Origin: Atractiella rhizophila
Taxonomy: Eukaryota
Assembly: GCA_021432655.1 (NCBI GenBank)
Contig: MU271593.1
Span: 1-41,007 of the forward strand
Direction of reading: 5' to 3'
DNA: 41,007 nt
Position numbers and translations under genes: made by a program. The notes below the pieces were generated by a model. The model saw only the letters and a program-made list of their open reading frames with translations. It was not told the DNA's origin and did no database searches. Positions 1 to 13,036 of the stretch are shown here, piece by piece; position 1 is the stretch's first letter, and each line of letters opens with the position of its first letter.

Positions 1-2562
1 TTTTGGCAGTGCAGAGCGAGGGATGCGCAGATGTGCAGTGACCATATCCGTCTTGGATCAAGAGGGTGGCAGACTCGTTTCCAAAGCCCTTAGACATGGA
101 TTTGGCGGCTGAGAAAGTTGGTCAGATAGTGAAAGGGGACATGTAACGGTAAGAAATAGGCTAAACCTGAGAGCGGAGTGACGGGATCATGAGTGTTGCC
201 AATGAATAGCACTGGGTGTCTGATAATCGAAACCATTAAAACACTGCCAGGGAAAATAAAGGCTGCATACTTTGTTTTTCTGAGACCATCTTCGACAGTC
301 CACGGTCCCCTGTACGCTTCAAATGGCTCGTAATCCCATCCAAAGCATTCGGACATCCAAAGCGACCACTGTTCGCCCACCCTGTTCGAATACGACGCAT
401 CGATATGATTGTTTCAAAGAGATGACTGCGACAGCACTGACCAGCTTGATATTTTGCTCATCTAGCAGGGCTGGCGTCAGTTACTTAATTCATGATTCGT
501 TCGAGGAAATACTAGTACCTTGTGAACATAATTCTGGAATCCTTTAATCGTGAAATCCTTCCAAACATCCTTTGCCGTGTCCGCGCAGAGAATCAGCTAC
601 AGTCGAAGGTGGTCAATACTATATCTAAGCGTTTAAACGCTAGGGCGCTTACTCTGGAGCCAAGTCCCGCTCCAACATTCAATGGTCGATGAAAGATGTT
701 ATCATCCCATTTCTATTCCACACACCGCAAATGAGCAATCTTGGCCTATGAATGGACCACTCAACGCACCTTATGAACAAAATCATCCTCTCCTACTGCG
801 GACAGATCCCACAACGGGCCACCATTTCCCTTCGACGCTTCATCAATTGCCTTTGCCAGTCCAGGCCAAGCTTGAGGTTTGTAGAGAGCAGAAAATATGG
901 CTGAGTGCAAGCCGGACGCAGTCAGGATGCCAACACCCTTCTCCGTCGCCACGGGTAGGGGACTCGTCAAAAGAGTAGCGGAGACATCGGCGATCCGCGA
1001 GTGTAAGGAGGAAGTGGTCAAGTTTTCAGCTGCTAGAGCACAGCGAGAAGGACCGGCAGAGATGCACTCGCGCAAGAATCCGTTGTATGTCTGTCATTCG
1101 TGTCAGACGTGTCATAGACGGAAGGGATAGAAGAAGAGAACCTTTTCATTATCATCCATGCCAGAGATTCCCCAGTCAAGGATGTTGTTGGTATAGGTGA
1201 CAGAGTCGGAGGTTCCATCGACAACCACGCGGTTGACAAGCTCAGGGAACATGGCGGAGAATGTGGCTCCAAGGATCGTACCTTTTGCTTTGCTCAGTTA
1301 CATACCACTGAACCATATGCAACAAACCGTAGGAAAAACCTGTTTTTGCAACTGTGAGTGAGAAACAGTGCGTTTTGGGCAGATGAAGACAAACCCCAGT
1401 AATTGAGTCCGCCCTCGCTCTCCCCCAAAGCCTCCAAAATCCACTTCATGTCCCGAACAACAAAGGCGGTGGTAGTACTCTTCAGCATATCTTGATTCCC
1501 GTATTTCTTGCAGGCGGCGAGCTGCGCTTCACGATGCTTGAATTGTTTTACAAAGAAAGCATGCTCAGAGGCATCTGCTGCTGCTTGTTCGCTTTTAGTC
1601 AAAGAGTTGGATGTGCTGTTGTGTAGGTATGGTGAGGCAGAGGGGTAGAGTCGAGCCTTTTATTCGAGTTAAGATTGACACTACTCCGAAGAAGGGATGA
1701 GCGACCAACCTCGTATGGGTATCCTAAGGAGGCGATATTGTAGTTCTCCAAGTTCGCAGAGGCTTCATCAGAAAAGCACCCCACTCCCGGAGTTGTTTGG
1801 TTGACGCTAAATACAAACAGTAAGGCATGGAATAGCATGACTTAGAAGTTGAAGCATACCTTCGAGGATCAAAACCGAGGATATCATATTTCCCTGGATG
1901 CTTCTGTCAGATCATGTTCAACAAAAACTAAACTCACCTTCCAAGATCGTGTGTATCATTAGCCCAGCACGTGCCACTAACGACGTTCCTATAGGGGGTA
2001 TCAGGCGTTCAAGTTCTCGCTTCCTCATCTCAAAATTTTCACACACCGGAACCTCCAGGACCTCCAGGATTGATCAACAACGTTCCCTTCCTTTCCTTCG
2101 GCGGCACGGTAGCAGGCAGTCTTCTCAATGCGAGAGAGACGGTGAGATTCGGTTGTGGGTTCAGGTGCTGTCACGCATCAACTTGAGCTTACATTCTGAG
2201 AAAAGAGAAAACTCACATTCATAGGAACAGTCAGGTATGCGCAATCCATCTCTGTCAGGTCAGCACAGGCAGACCAGGCAATGCCGCCATGCAGTCCATT
2301 GCTGAAGCTTCGACGAGGGGTATCCTCGGCCTTCCTCAGCAAGATCAGAGACTGACAGAATACTTAGCAGTTCACTGACTGGAAGTATGTTCCTAACGCC
2401 TTGAAATAATGTCTGGAAAAATCCTGACGAGAAGAGAAGGTATCCAGTAACCGCAAAAACTGCAAATTGGCGCGGGTTGAACGTCTTTCGCGGACGCTTG
2501 GGGGTTCCAAGCCCGTTTGGAGCGTAGATCTCCTGAGTGGATTGAGGCAGCTTCTCAGCCAT
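1..2562 (-). CDS. TAP-like alpha/beta hydrolase (peptidase S33/Abhydrolase_4 type), multi-exon, 3' end outside window
   Basis: Exon peptides include MAEKLPQS with a hydrophobic anchor (FAVFAVTGYLLF), FDPRG, TTTAFVVRDMKWILEALG..LNYWG/FSYGS (GxSxG nucleophile), CISAGPSRCALA, ALYKPQAWPGLA and PVLFIGNTHDPVTPL. Many GT-AG introns. Confidence 0.85.
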
Positions 2563-4321
2563 TCTCACAACTTGGAACGACCAGAATGGCTGGTTGTGTA
2601 TTTGTATTTGTCCAAAATTGCAAATTAGCGGAAGCGAATTTTCGATCAATCACACCGAGAAGGCGAGTGCTGGGCATGAACACGAGGAGGAGTGGGTCAG
2701 CTTTTAATGTGTCGTGGAGTCAGTTGGGGGTGAACCGGAGGAGTCCAGTGGAACGAAAGAGTGGTGTCGGAGCCAGGGAGTGGCGTACGCACTTTCTTTG
2801 TATGTTGTTGTTCTCGTGTGGTGAGAGAGGGAATGGGATGAGAGCGCGACGACGACGAGGTACATGAAAGTTCAACATTGTATCTCGATTGTACAAGTTA
2901 GTCTTGCTGTGAATAGCGTGGCGTATTGAGCTTTTAACAACCCAGACATTTCCACGCGTTACTCCAACCTTCCATTCAATGTTTTCATATTCCTATCCTG
3001 CACATGACTCGTGTTGTGAACACACCTGAGGTTTATGTCGAACTTCGATAATCAAGACACTTACCTTAAGACGAAACACGGCTGTCAGCATAAGGTGGAG
3101 AGCTGGAGACAGTAGAAGTCGTTTGATTGTGGAAACAGAGTGCTGGTTTACCTCAAATCACTCCCTTTCAACTCCGCCTGTGCTTTGAAATGTAGCCAAT
3201 CTTTCTATCCCTCAGACGACGCTGATGGAATGGTTTGCTCCATCACCCGCTCCATCACCAGAACTGCTGCTTTGGGGACCGTGCTCTATTACCTCCAAGA
3301 CCCACCGAATCCTTCAGGCATTCATGCGAAACATTCTGCCATGAAATAAGATCGGACGATGCGTTTGGGATAAAACTTGGACTCCAAGCGTGAACTTTCC
3401 AGCACCTCAACCACTTCCCGTACTCCAGCAGTCATGCTGTATGGGATAGACCAACAGCCTTCGTGAGTACTAACCACTCTAAATCTCCCAGAGTACTCAC
3501 ATATTTCCAAACGTCTTGGAGTAAAACCGGAATAAGTGGACAAGAAACAACTTGAAGTGCGAAATATTTGTTTCTTGAATGTGTTAACTTTGAATCGGTG
3601 TGCTACTTTCAGCGTCTTCCTTTCCTAAAATAATCCCTTTTTGTTGCAGACTCTTCTCATAAACTCGAAGGTGCTGGCAGCATTATAGCTAATCGAAACA
3701 TAACATTTAATGTTTGAGCTTCAGTTCTGAAAGACAGACTGCCCTATAACTTTAATTTCGCAAAGACTAGCATTTTCTGCACTTACTAGTAGCTCACGCC
3801 TCAGGTTAAATGTTCCTGTTCAACGTTATGATTTCAATTCAATTCGATTTGTGATTTGCAGAGCATTTCATTCCGCTCATCAACTGTGCTACCACCTGAC
3901 CACTTAACCCTCCTACTCCTGGCCTATCCAACACATCTTGGAAAAACCCTATTCGTACCATTGCGTTTTTCAAGGGAACTTCAACATTCAATAATGTTCA
4001 ATGTTCAATGTGCAACATTTTGGGGACCCCGCATTCTGCTGCCTCCCAGTATGGACGCTAACTCCGTGCTCCGCCCTTGTCAGCTTGAACGCTTGTACCT
4101 CCCCCCATAAAAGCTGATCGAGCTCACTGGTGAAATCAATCCCCATTAACAAATCAGAGACTTCCGATCTTACAATCATGATGGAATGGTTCATATCTAA
4201 AATGACTGGTTCCTCAGGTTCCGCAGAAGGTGAGCATTATTACGATGTGAGATGAACCTTGCTGATCTAAGTAGGCGAAGACGCTGTAACGCCAGCACCG
4301 GCACCCGCGCAAATTGGAGCA

Positions 4322-5455
4322 ATGAAGAAACACCTCCCCAAAAACGATGTCTACGTCGTCCCTCCATCGGCCCACATTGCCGATCCCAACGGGCTCCGCG
4401 TTCTTTGCCTTGACGGAGGCGGCGTACGAGGACTGTCTGAACTCTATATTCTGGAGCAGATCATGGAGCAGCTTGGGCACCAACTGTTCCCTGATGATCC
4501 CAATCCAGAGAAGAAGGAACTGCGACCTTGCGACTACTTTGACCTCATATGCGGGACATCCACCGGGGGACTCATTGCAATCATGCTCGGAAGATTGGGA
4601 ATGACGACTCGTCAATGCATTCAAGTGTATGGGGAACTTGCGCAGAGAATTTTCCCCGATCCATCCGTCACCGAAAAAAGTCTCAATGCCATCAAAGGCT
4701 TGAAAACCGGAGTCTATGCGTTCGATAGTCAAAATCTAGAGAATGCAATTGTGGAGATGCTGGCTCTCTATGCACCGGACGAGGACCATAAAGATCCTCG
4801 GAAGATACCCATGAAAGATCCGGACGTCAACTTTGTACAAAGATGCAGAGTCCTCCTCACCTCCACCTACCAAGCCAATGCTGTCACTCCAGCCTTCTTA
4901 CGAACGTACCGTACGGTTCACCACCGAACGGAGATGGCAATCTGGCAAGCGGCTAGAGCGACGAGTGCTGCACCGTTATTTTTCGCCCCTATCGAGGTCG
5001 ACAACACTCTCTATGTTGATGGCGGCATGGGAACCAACAATCCAACCAATGTTGCCATTGATGAAACGAAGCACATCTGGGGAAACAACAGTCGGATCTC
5101 GTGTCTCATCTCCCTCGGGACTGGTTCACAACCTGCAGCCAAAGGCAGTGGTTCTTACTGGCAGTTGATGAAGGCGATGGAGCAGATTGTGACGGACTGT
5201 TCGAAAGTTGCCAACCAGGTGAAAGAACAGTTTCAGCAACAGGGGAGACGGGGCGATTACCATCGTTTTCAGGTCGAAGGGTTGGGAACGGTCGGACTGG
5301 CGGAGTGGAGAGAGGTTTCGACTATCGTGGGCCTCACGAGGGCATTCATGCAAAATCAAGCCTTCGAGGTTAGAGACGCAGCTGTGGGACTCGAGAGGGT
5401 GGGTGTACAGCTGGAACGGCAGGAGGACCTGGTAGACCCAGAAGATCAGAGGTGA
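4322..5455 (+). CDS. Patatin-like phospholipase (PNPLA), single exon, 377 aa
   Basis: LCLDGGGVRG oxyanion motif, GTSTG nucleophile, ARATSAAPLFF, YVDGGMGTNNP (DGG) and ISLGTG, all in one uninterrupted ORF. Confidence 0.93.
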   Translation: MKKHLPKNDVYVVPPSAHIADPNGLRVLCLDGGGVRGLSELYILEQIMEQLGHQLFPDDPNPEKKELRPCDYFDLICGTSTGGLIAIMLGRLGMTTRQCIQVYGELAQRIFPDPSVTEKSLNAIKGLKTGVYAFDSQNLENAIVEMLALYAPDEDHKDPRKIPMKDPDVNFVQRCRVLLTSTYQANAVTPAFLRTYRTVHHRTEMAIWQAARATSAAPLFFAPIEVDNTLYVDGGMGTNNPTNVAIDETKHIWGNNSRISCLISLGTGSQPAAKGSGSYWQLMKAMEQIVTDCSKVANQVKEQFQQQGRRGDYHRFQVEGLGTVGLAEWREVSTIVGLTRAFMQNQAFEVRDAAVGLERVGVQLERQEDLVDPEDQR

Positions 5456-5954
5456 TCTCTTCCTAAAAAATTCTTTCAGTTTTACCTCCTTGTCTCATAA
5501 ATATTTCAATATGTTTGAACGCTTCACTTTCACCTTGAGTACCTCCGTGTTGACGAACTTTCATTGTATATGTAAGAGTCAAATAGTGTCCAATGACAGG
5601 CATGATATCCCTAGAGCTAACCAGAGACTCACTTAACGACGCGGATAGTATTTCCAAGCACACTCGTACCCACCTGAATTCCACCATTTCATTCGATAAA
5701 GTCAGAGCTAAGGTAGAATGTAAGTTTTTGTATGTAGTCCCCAACCTCGCAAACTCAAACATGAGAAGGAAATGCCCAAAATTAAGACTCGAGGTTGCAT
5801 AATTGTTCACTGCCAGTGTATTGAGAGTTTAATATTGGATGTCTAATGTGTACATCTTAACCATAACAATGAAGGTGCCTTCTTGCGACTAAGAAGGAGT
5901 AGACTACTAGCCACTAACCGTTCTACGGCTCCAACCTCCAGTAAAATTTAAAAT

Positions 5955-8597
5955 TTACCAACATTCCTCCCACACCCTCCCACCTCTTCCCCCTTCGCTC
6001 CACCATCTCTCCGCCTCATCCTCTTCCATCCCTCCTTCAGTCCGCACAACCTTTTTAAAAGCGGCGGCCACAGACTTCGGCATCTGTCCTTCCGCCCTAA
6101 TCCATCCAGAATCCGTCAAGCGTCAGCATAATGATTGATGGGGGGGCAGCAAAAGCTGTTGAAGGCGAACGAGGATGGGCAGAGAGAACTTGCCCGCAAA
6201 TGTAAATCCAAGCACCTTCCTCCAAGAGCTCAAATACCTCCTGTGCATGCTCGACGATCTTATCTTGCACATATACCTTGCGCTCCTTATAATACATCAA
6301 CATCGTCGTCAGACCCCGTTTCCGGATTCCAAAGGAAGAGACTAACCTGGGTCCGACTGCTCGCCACCACAACACGCGCATGGCTTAGCTCGTCCTCCCA
6401 CTCCCTCTCAAAAAATAAATCCTTCGCTCGATCCCTGCATCCGAAAAATACCAGATTTTCGCTCGCTGCCCAATGAAAAAGTTTTCAGCGTCACAAGCCC
6501 GTAAGAAGGGGAAAGGAGGAGATATACATTTCGTGCGAGCTTGCATGAACGCTCTAAAAGGCGCTATACCCGTTCCTGGGCCTACACAGATGATTGGGGT
6601 CTCTTGTGGTGGAAGACGCATAGTTCCTTCCTCGATCCCAACACGAACTTTGGCTCCTGAACACCAACTGATCGTTCGTCGATGTTTTCTACGGAATAAA
6701 AGGAGAAAACAGACGTACCAACAGGCAATGTGGACAGATATGTAGTGCACACTCCTTTCCTCGGCGCTCGCAAAAACTTTGTCTTGTAATTAACGATGGC
6801 GACCAATATCTCAACCTGCAATCAACTCACGTCTTAGCGAGGAGTAACAGACGCGAACGGGTGGGGGGAGGACAGACGGATGATCCGTCCTGTTTGGCAG
6901 CAGAACAAATACTGAACTCTCGCCTCCTCATCATAGGTATGAGCTCCACCAACCACTCGATAGGCAAGTGTTTTACTGAGTTGAATTCTTCCAACACCTC
7001 CAGGATTGTACGCCGTGGGCGGGTTGCATAGTCGTACATATCCTCCTATACCACCGGATGCATCAATGCCATATACCTTCAAGACGTAACGGCGGGGATA
7101 CACACAAGTCCCTCCTCAGATCCACTGGCAAAATCCCACAACTTCTCTTTGTGAACGGGATCGTCAGTAAAAAAGCTGAGGAGGTAGAAAAAGGCGCGGG
7201 TGGGGACGGCCGTGAAGTCCAACCTTTGCACTAACAATTTCCTGAGCGTCGTCGTATACGTACTCTTCGGATGGGAAGGATGGGTAGGGGATATGGAAAC
7301 TGAAGCATCGGGGTCATAAGAGGATAAGAAGGAAAGGGAGAGGAGCCGAGAGACGGAGGATGGGGAGTTGCGTGGGAGGATGGTAAGGGTTGAACCTGGT
7401 TCATAGCTGCCGCATGAATAGTAAACATCCTCAACTGTGCAATCACTGAAAGATGAATGATGGCAGAGTATGAACTCACTTTAATTCGCGAGAGGAAGTT
7501 GGAACTTTTGAGAAAGTTATATGACGGACGTCCTGCCAGTGAGAAGGCGCAGTAACACGCTCATTTAGCGTTACTTCTACATGGATCAGTTCCTCTTCTT
7601 CCTCCTCTTCCTCGTTGGTCTCTGAGAAGGAGGGCTCGCAAGGTACGACCGACCATTTCGCCGGCGGAAGTGAGGTGGGATCCCCCCGTAGAGCTTTGAA
7701 TCCATTGATGCTTTCCAATGCCGGGATAAGGCGGCTGAAGGTCCAAGTGTCGAAGGCACGTTCTATCCTTTCCTTTCTGTCAGCCTTCAGTTAAATGCCA
7801 GAAACAAAATCAAGTCAATTTTGCTTCAATGCAACATCTGGCTACTAGGAAAGAAGCACGAAGGATAAGTAAAGGCTCATCCTGCACTCTTTTGCGTAAT
7901 TCTTCCACACAAAGACTAAACGCAGTGTTCTTCATTGTCAGGCGTTTCTCAAAAAGAAAATTATCGAAAGCAAAGGCTAGAGAAGATGAGTGGGAAGGCA
8001 AAGATCACATACCCGGAAGATGAAGATTCGTCCCCCTCTCCTCCCTCACACCACTCCCTCGCTCCCAGCTGCTGTAGACGGCGATGTAGCTTTCGAGAGG
8101 CGTATTGATAGTGCACGTAGTTAGTGGATCCCACACCGAAGATCGTATACCTGTCCATCGCATTCAATCCACACGATCAAACAACCTATATGGTTGGGCA
8201 TGTCTTAGGCCAGGAGAGGGAGCACGTACGTGAGATTGGAGAGAGAGGTGGAGGTGAGGGAGGAAGAAAGAAGTGTGCGCCATGGTTTCTTCATGGAGTG
8301 CGTGACGGCGCCTCTCCCCGTTGTTGAGATGATGAATATGTTGCATTCGCGAAATTCGCCATTATTTCCCTTGCTGATTTCATTCTTCGAAATTGATGCT
8401 GAATTTTTTGCTGCTGACTGTGAAACCGCTCGTGATAGTGATGGAGCTCTCGATGTCTGTTGGAAGGGAGAAAAGGATGAGATGGACTGCGAGTGGACTC
8501 GTAGTGATGGGAAGGCGTGAGACAACTTGTAGGCGAGCAAGCGTGCGAGATCCTCTGACGCGCCAGTCTGGGAGGCGAAATAAATATTCACGTCCAT
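5955..8597 (-). CDS. TAH18: NADPH-dependent diflavin oxidoreductase 1 (Tah18/NDOR1-like), multi-exon
   Basis: Flavodoxin start IYFASQTGASEDLA; RKLHRRLQQLGA; NERVTAPSHWQDVRHI; YDYATRPRRTILEVL; RRREFSICS; AIVNYKTKFLRAPRKGVCT; ICVGPGTGIAPFR; KVYVQDKI; C-terminus VWEECW with stop at 5955-5957. Confidence 0.88.
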
Positions 8598-8758
8598 GGT
8601 GGCAAGTTCCGTTTCTTCTACAATCGATAATGCTTCGCTGTTTCTGGATTACTCCAAGCCTGAACGATTTCCTCCTTCTCCTAGCGGTCACAATAACACA
8701 GAGAGATATCAGATATGTCAGACTCAGAAGATATTATGTAATTGCAATTTTTACTGAT

Positions 8759-8796
8759 CACGTGTCAACACTAAAGCTGTTAAACTTTAAACGCGT
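8759..8796. promoter_or_regulatory. Divergent promoter between TAH18 and the coiled-coil gene, with CACGTG and ACGCGT (MCB-like) motifs
   Basis: About 290 bp between opposite ATGs; TCACGTG near 8758-8764 and ACGCGT at 8791-8796. Confidence 0.4.
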
Positions 8797-8883
8797 CACA
8801 TCCTCCAGGAAAACAACATCGACACATCCCTTTGTGACGATCTCCTCATTCATGACCCAAGTTGTAAGACCGTCAGGGCAAGA

Positions 8884-11800
8884 ATGGAACATTCACAGCG
8901 ATACTCAGCAGGAGATACCAGAGATACCAGGGATATCACAAGGGATGTCAGGGAAGGGAGGGAGGGAAGAGACCCTTTTGTTACCATTCTCAGGTTGAGG
9001 CAGGAGAGAAATGAGTTGCTGGGAAAGTTGGACTTTGCCTACACTGAGAGGTGCGTCTTCATTCTGTCGTCATTCGTTCGGGGTATTTTCCACGTGTGCT
9101 ACCACTTTGTGAAACAACACAAGTTGAATCTTTCCTATATATTGCCACGAGAAGTGGAGAATATTTCTATAGAGAAAGAATGCCCTGGAGAGAGGTGCGC
9201 AACCTGGCGAGAGGGCAGGAAGATGTTCCCACTCAAGCTGTTCCATTTGCACCAGGGAAGCACGAAAACATGAGAAATGACGAACAAAAACAGGACTCTC
9301 CTCGCTCAATCCTACGACGAAGCGATGCACGAGCTTTCGCACCTGCAAGCCTCCAATTCTCACAAGGACGACGAGCTCAGCCGCCTACGCGACGACTTGG
9401 AAGGCACACGGGTGGCGATGGAGACGTTCAAGAGGCGTCTAGAGAAGAATTCAGAGGCTGCGAGGGCCAAAGAGGCGCGGATCAGCGAGTTGGAGCTCGA
9501 GGTCGGCGAGCACACGAGGAGGATCTCAGGGGGGAGTACGGCATCCGTCGGCAGTCAGACTGGACTCATTGAAGGTGCAGAGGGAGAGAGTGCGGATGAG
9601 CTGAAGAAGACTTTGGCGAGAGTGAGAAAGGAGAGGAATAAGGCGCTCAAGGAAGGTAGGGAGAGGGAGAAGCTGTTTGCTGAGCTCGTGAAGGAGGCTG
9701 AGAGGGTGGAGACGGAGAGGATAGAGAGGGAGGAGGAGGGGAGGAAACTGGAAGAGCTTGTGGAGCGGATGAAAGGAGAGCTGGAAGCGTTGAAGGGGAG
9801 GGAAGAACAGAGACAGATGAAGCTTCTATCTTCTCCACCAGCATACACTCCACTCGAACCCTCTTCCTCAAATTCTTCTGTCCACCAGCCAGGCCAACAA
9901 AGCGAGCCCGAATCTACTGTCGATGCCGCAGAAATTGCCTCCTTGCATTCCCAACTCGAACAGAAGACCCTTCTCCACTCCGAGGCTCTCGCTGGCATTT
10001 CCTCCTTACAGTCCGCAAATGCGAAACTCGAAGCTGACAAATGTTCCCTGGAATCGGAGCTGCGTACTATCAGAGCCGCTCACGACGCGACAATCGCCGA
10101 AAAGAATGAGATCCAGTCCCTTCTCTCGCTGTCCGAAGCACCGAAATCTGAAGTGCAGGAATCCGAGCCCTCACAGGACCAGGGCAAAGAAAGCCAGGAG
10201 ATGTCACCAGTCAAAGAAGTTAATGAACAGCCTGAGCAGGCAGAGGCTTTGCTTGAGAAGATGGTTCAGGAGAACCGAGAGCTTGAACTGCAGCTCGCTG
10301 CATTGACGACAGCCCTTGATGACGAACGTGCACAGGCTGAATTACTGCGCGAAGAGCCAAAGGCGACTGAAGAGAATGGAAATATGGTGGAGGTGGAGAG
10401 AAAGAATGAGGAGCTCAAAGATCAGAATAGGGAAATAGGTGTGGAGAGAGACAACCTGCGGACCCGTTTGGGAGAAGCTGAACAATCCTTGGTTCACTTT
10501 CGAGCACGGGTGGAGGAGCTCGAATCTTCACTCAGGGCCCTTGAAGCTTCAGCTGGCACCAATCTCTCTGAGCTTACGCGTGTGAAGGAGGAGCTACGGA
10601 CGGAGTCGTGTCGAGTCATTTCTCTCACTGAGGAGCTGGAGGTGTTGAGGGAGGAGAACGAGCGGGTGAAGGAGGAGAAGGACGAAATGGAAGGGTGGTA
10701 TTTCCAGCTTAAGGATGAGAAGGCGGCACTTAAAGGACGGTTAGAAGGCGTATGTTTGGAAAGGGATGGAGCGAAGGAGAAGGTGGACGTCCTAGAGAGA
10801 GACCTAGAAAAGGCACTGGAGGTCGGCGGAGAGTTGAAACTAGCGTTAGATGCTGCCAGAGAGGAGTCAGTGGTGGCGAACGATGCTCGAAAGCAGATGG
10901 AGAGGAAAACAAAGGAGGTCACGAGGGAATTGAAGACGGAGTTGGAGGTGTCTCACAGAGCGTTGGTCGACACCAAGGAGCTGTCGAAGGCTAAGGAGGA
11001 GGCGTGGGAAACCATGATTGATGAACTCGAGCAACGGCAGGAGGAAATTCTGAAGATTTCCGAGTCAAGAAATGAGAGTCTGGAGGAGGAACGGAAAATA
11101 GTATTGGCGCTCAAAGACGAAATCTCCAGTCTCAATGCCAAGGTCTTGGGAAAGGCTGAAAATGTGGAACAAGAGGTGAAGAGGGCTCATGAGGAAGCTG
11201 CAGCACTCAAAGAAGAGTACGAGCTGCAAATGCAGTCGTTGACGGGGATGAAGGATTCTGAACTCTCGTCTCTGCGACAACAACTTGTTGCATCTCAAAA
11301 CGACCTCGCAAGCACCGAATCCAGATTGGAAACGCTCAGTCATGACCTGTCCCAGTCAAGAGCCGATCAAGCGGAGAAGGATAGGAAGATAGATGAGCTT
11401 TTTGCACGTCTGGATAACGCAGAGGCGGATGTGCAAGCGTATGAAACGAGACTGGAGAATAGGCAAGAGGAAATCGAAGAGCTAGAGATCGAGTTGCAAG
11501 AGACGAGAGGTCAGATGGATCGAGTCGAAGATGAATTCCATCGGGTGCGAGAGCAACTCGCTTCCTCGAGACTTGAGGTGGCAGCGCTTTCGGAGACCGA
11601 AAACAACATTCAAAGCGCATATGAAGAGCTGAGAGAGCAGCTCACGGCACAACAGAACCAGCGAGAAAAGTCGGCCAACGACGCCGAAATATTACGAGCT
11701 GAAGTCCTCCGGCTGAGCAATCACCTTGAAGAGAGCGTTACTGCACTGGAGCGGATGGAGGAGGAGGCTCAAAAAGCCATTGCGTCTCGATGCGAGCTGG

Positions 11801-13036
11801 AGAAAGTCAACCGAACCCTAGACGAGCAGCTGCTGAGTGCGAAGAAAGAAGTAGCTGCCTTCATGGCTCGTTTGCAGGAGTTCTCAGTCAAGGCCCAAGA
11901 CGATGGTAGTCGAACGCACAATCGGGTGCTACAGCTGGAAGAACAAGTCAGAGAACTGGAAAAGCAGGTTGACGAGTCCTCAGAGCTCGAAAAACGCCTG
12001 GTGCAGAAAATATCAAAGTTGGAAGAATCCAAGCTTTATTTGAAGCGGGTGGAGGAAGAGCTCGCTGAGAAGACGGAGTATCTTGAACAAGCTGAGGATA
12101 GACTAAAGAGGCTTGATGCAGAACAGCAAATCGTGAGCTTGCAGTCCTTTTCGAGCATTAGTTTGACAGCCTTTACGTAGGCCGACGATCGATTATATGA
12201 GCAGATGAAGAAGTATAAGACACTTGATAAGGAGAACTGGAAGTTAAAGGTGAACTTGCCCTACCTGTTTAACTTAACTCCAAGCTCACGCTCCCCTGCA
12301 GACAATGGCCGAAAAGGCAGAACTCGCTCGGAAACAAGTCTCAGACGAACTCGACAAGCTCAAAGCAGTGCACCAAGAGCTGGTTAACAGTACCCATACT
12401 CCGCTGAGCTTACAGAGCTCCATTGCTCCAGCGGAAGCTGCCTCATTCAAACCCATCACCTCCCCTATCACCTCCGAACCTACCATTACCAGCACAGTCT
12501 CACTTACTGGGTCTCTGTCAAAGAAGAGGAACCGACCTCGCGAATTCGATGTTGTGGAAGCTCCAAACGACGCGAAGGCTGCTGATATACCGAAACAAAA
12601 CTCATCCTCGATGCGACGCACCCATTCTTCAGTGTCCTCTCAGGATCGGAGATCATCAGATGTCCGAAGGTCAAGCAGCAAGCTCGAAGCTCCGGAAGAC
12701 ACCGAATCGATGCCCAGAGCCAGATCCAAGTCCTCGAAGAGTTCTAAGGCGTCTTCCAAAGAAACTACAAAACTCAAGACTGCTTATTCTGATTTTCAAG
12801 GTGACGACGACACCACAGGTTTGTTTCACTATGCCGTCGAGGTGAAAGCTCCAGCGGATATGGAGGAGTTCGACGCTTCCATCTCACCGCCGAAACCAAC
12901 TACTCGCCGTCCTTTGGCATCTGTGCAGAAGAATACAAGGACCAAGCCAACCTCAACTTCATCGTCTCATCAGCGTTCGTCATCACAACAAAGTCAGAAT
13001 TTGATAGAGGCCATCAACAAGCTGCAACAACAATGA
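8884..13036 (+). CDS. Large coiled-coil protein (>1200 aa) with Ser/Thr-rich C-terminal tail; family not identified
   Basis: 967-codon E/K/L/R-rich heptad exon 9277-12180, short exons near 12181-12250, terminal exon 12305-13036. The 5' exon probably starts at 8884, but splicing at 9050-9295 is unresolved. Confidence 0.75.

Noticed and set aside
5463..5810. 115-aa minus-strand ORF after the patatin
   Set aside because: Non-ATG start, no recognisable motif, no NLR domain.
9555..12032. Several antisense ORFs rich in S/F/L
   Set aside because: Mirror frames of the GAG/GAA-rich coiled-coil exon.
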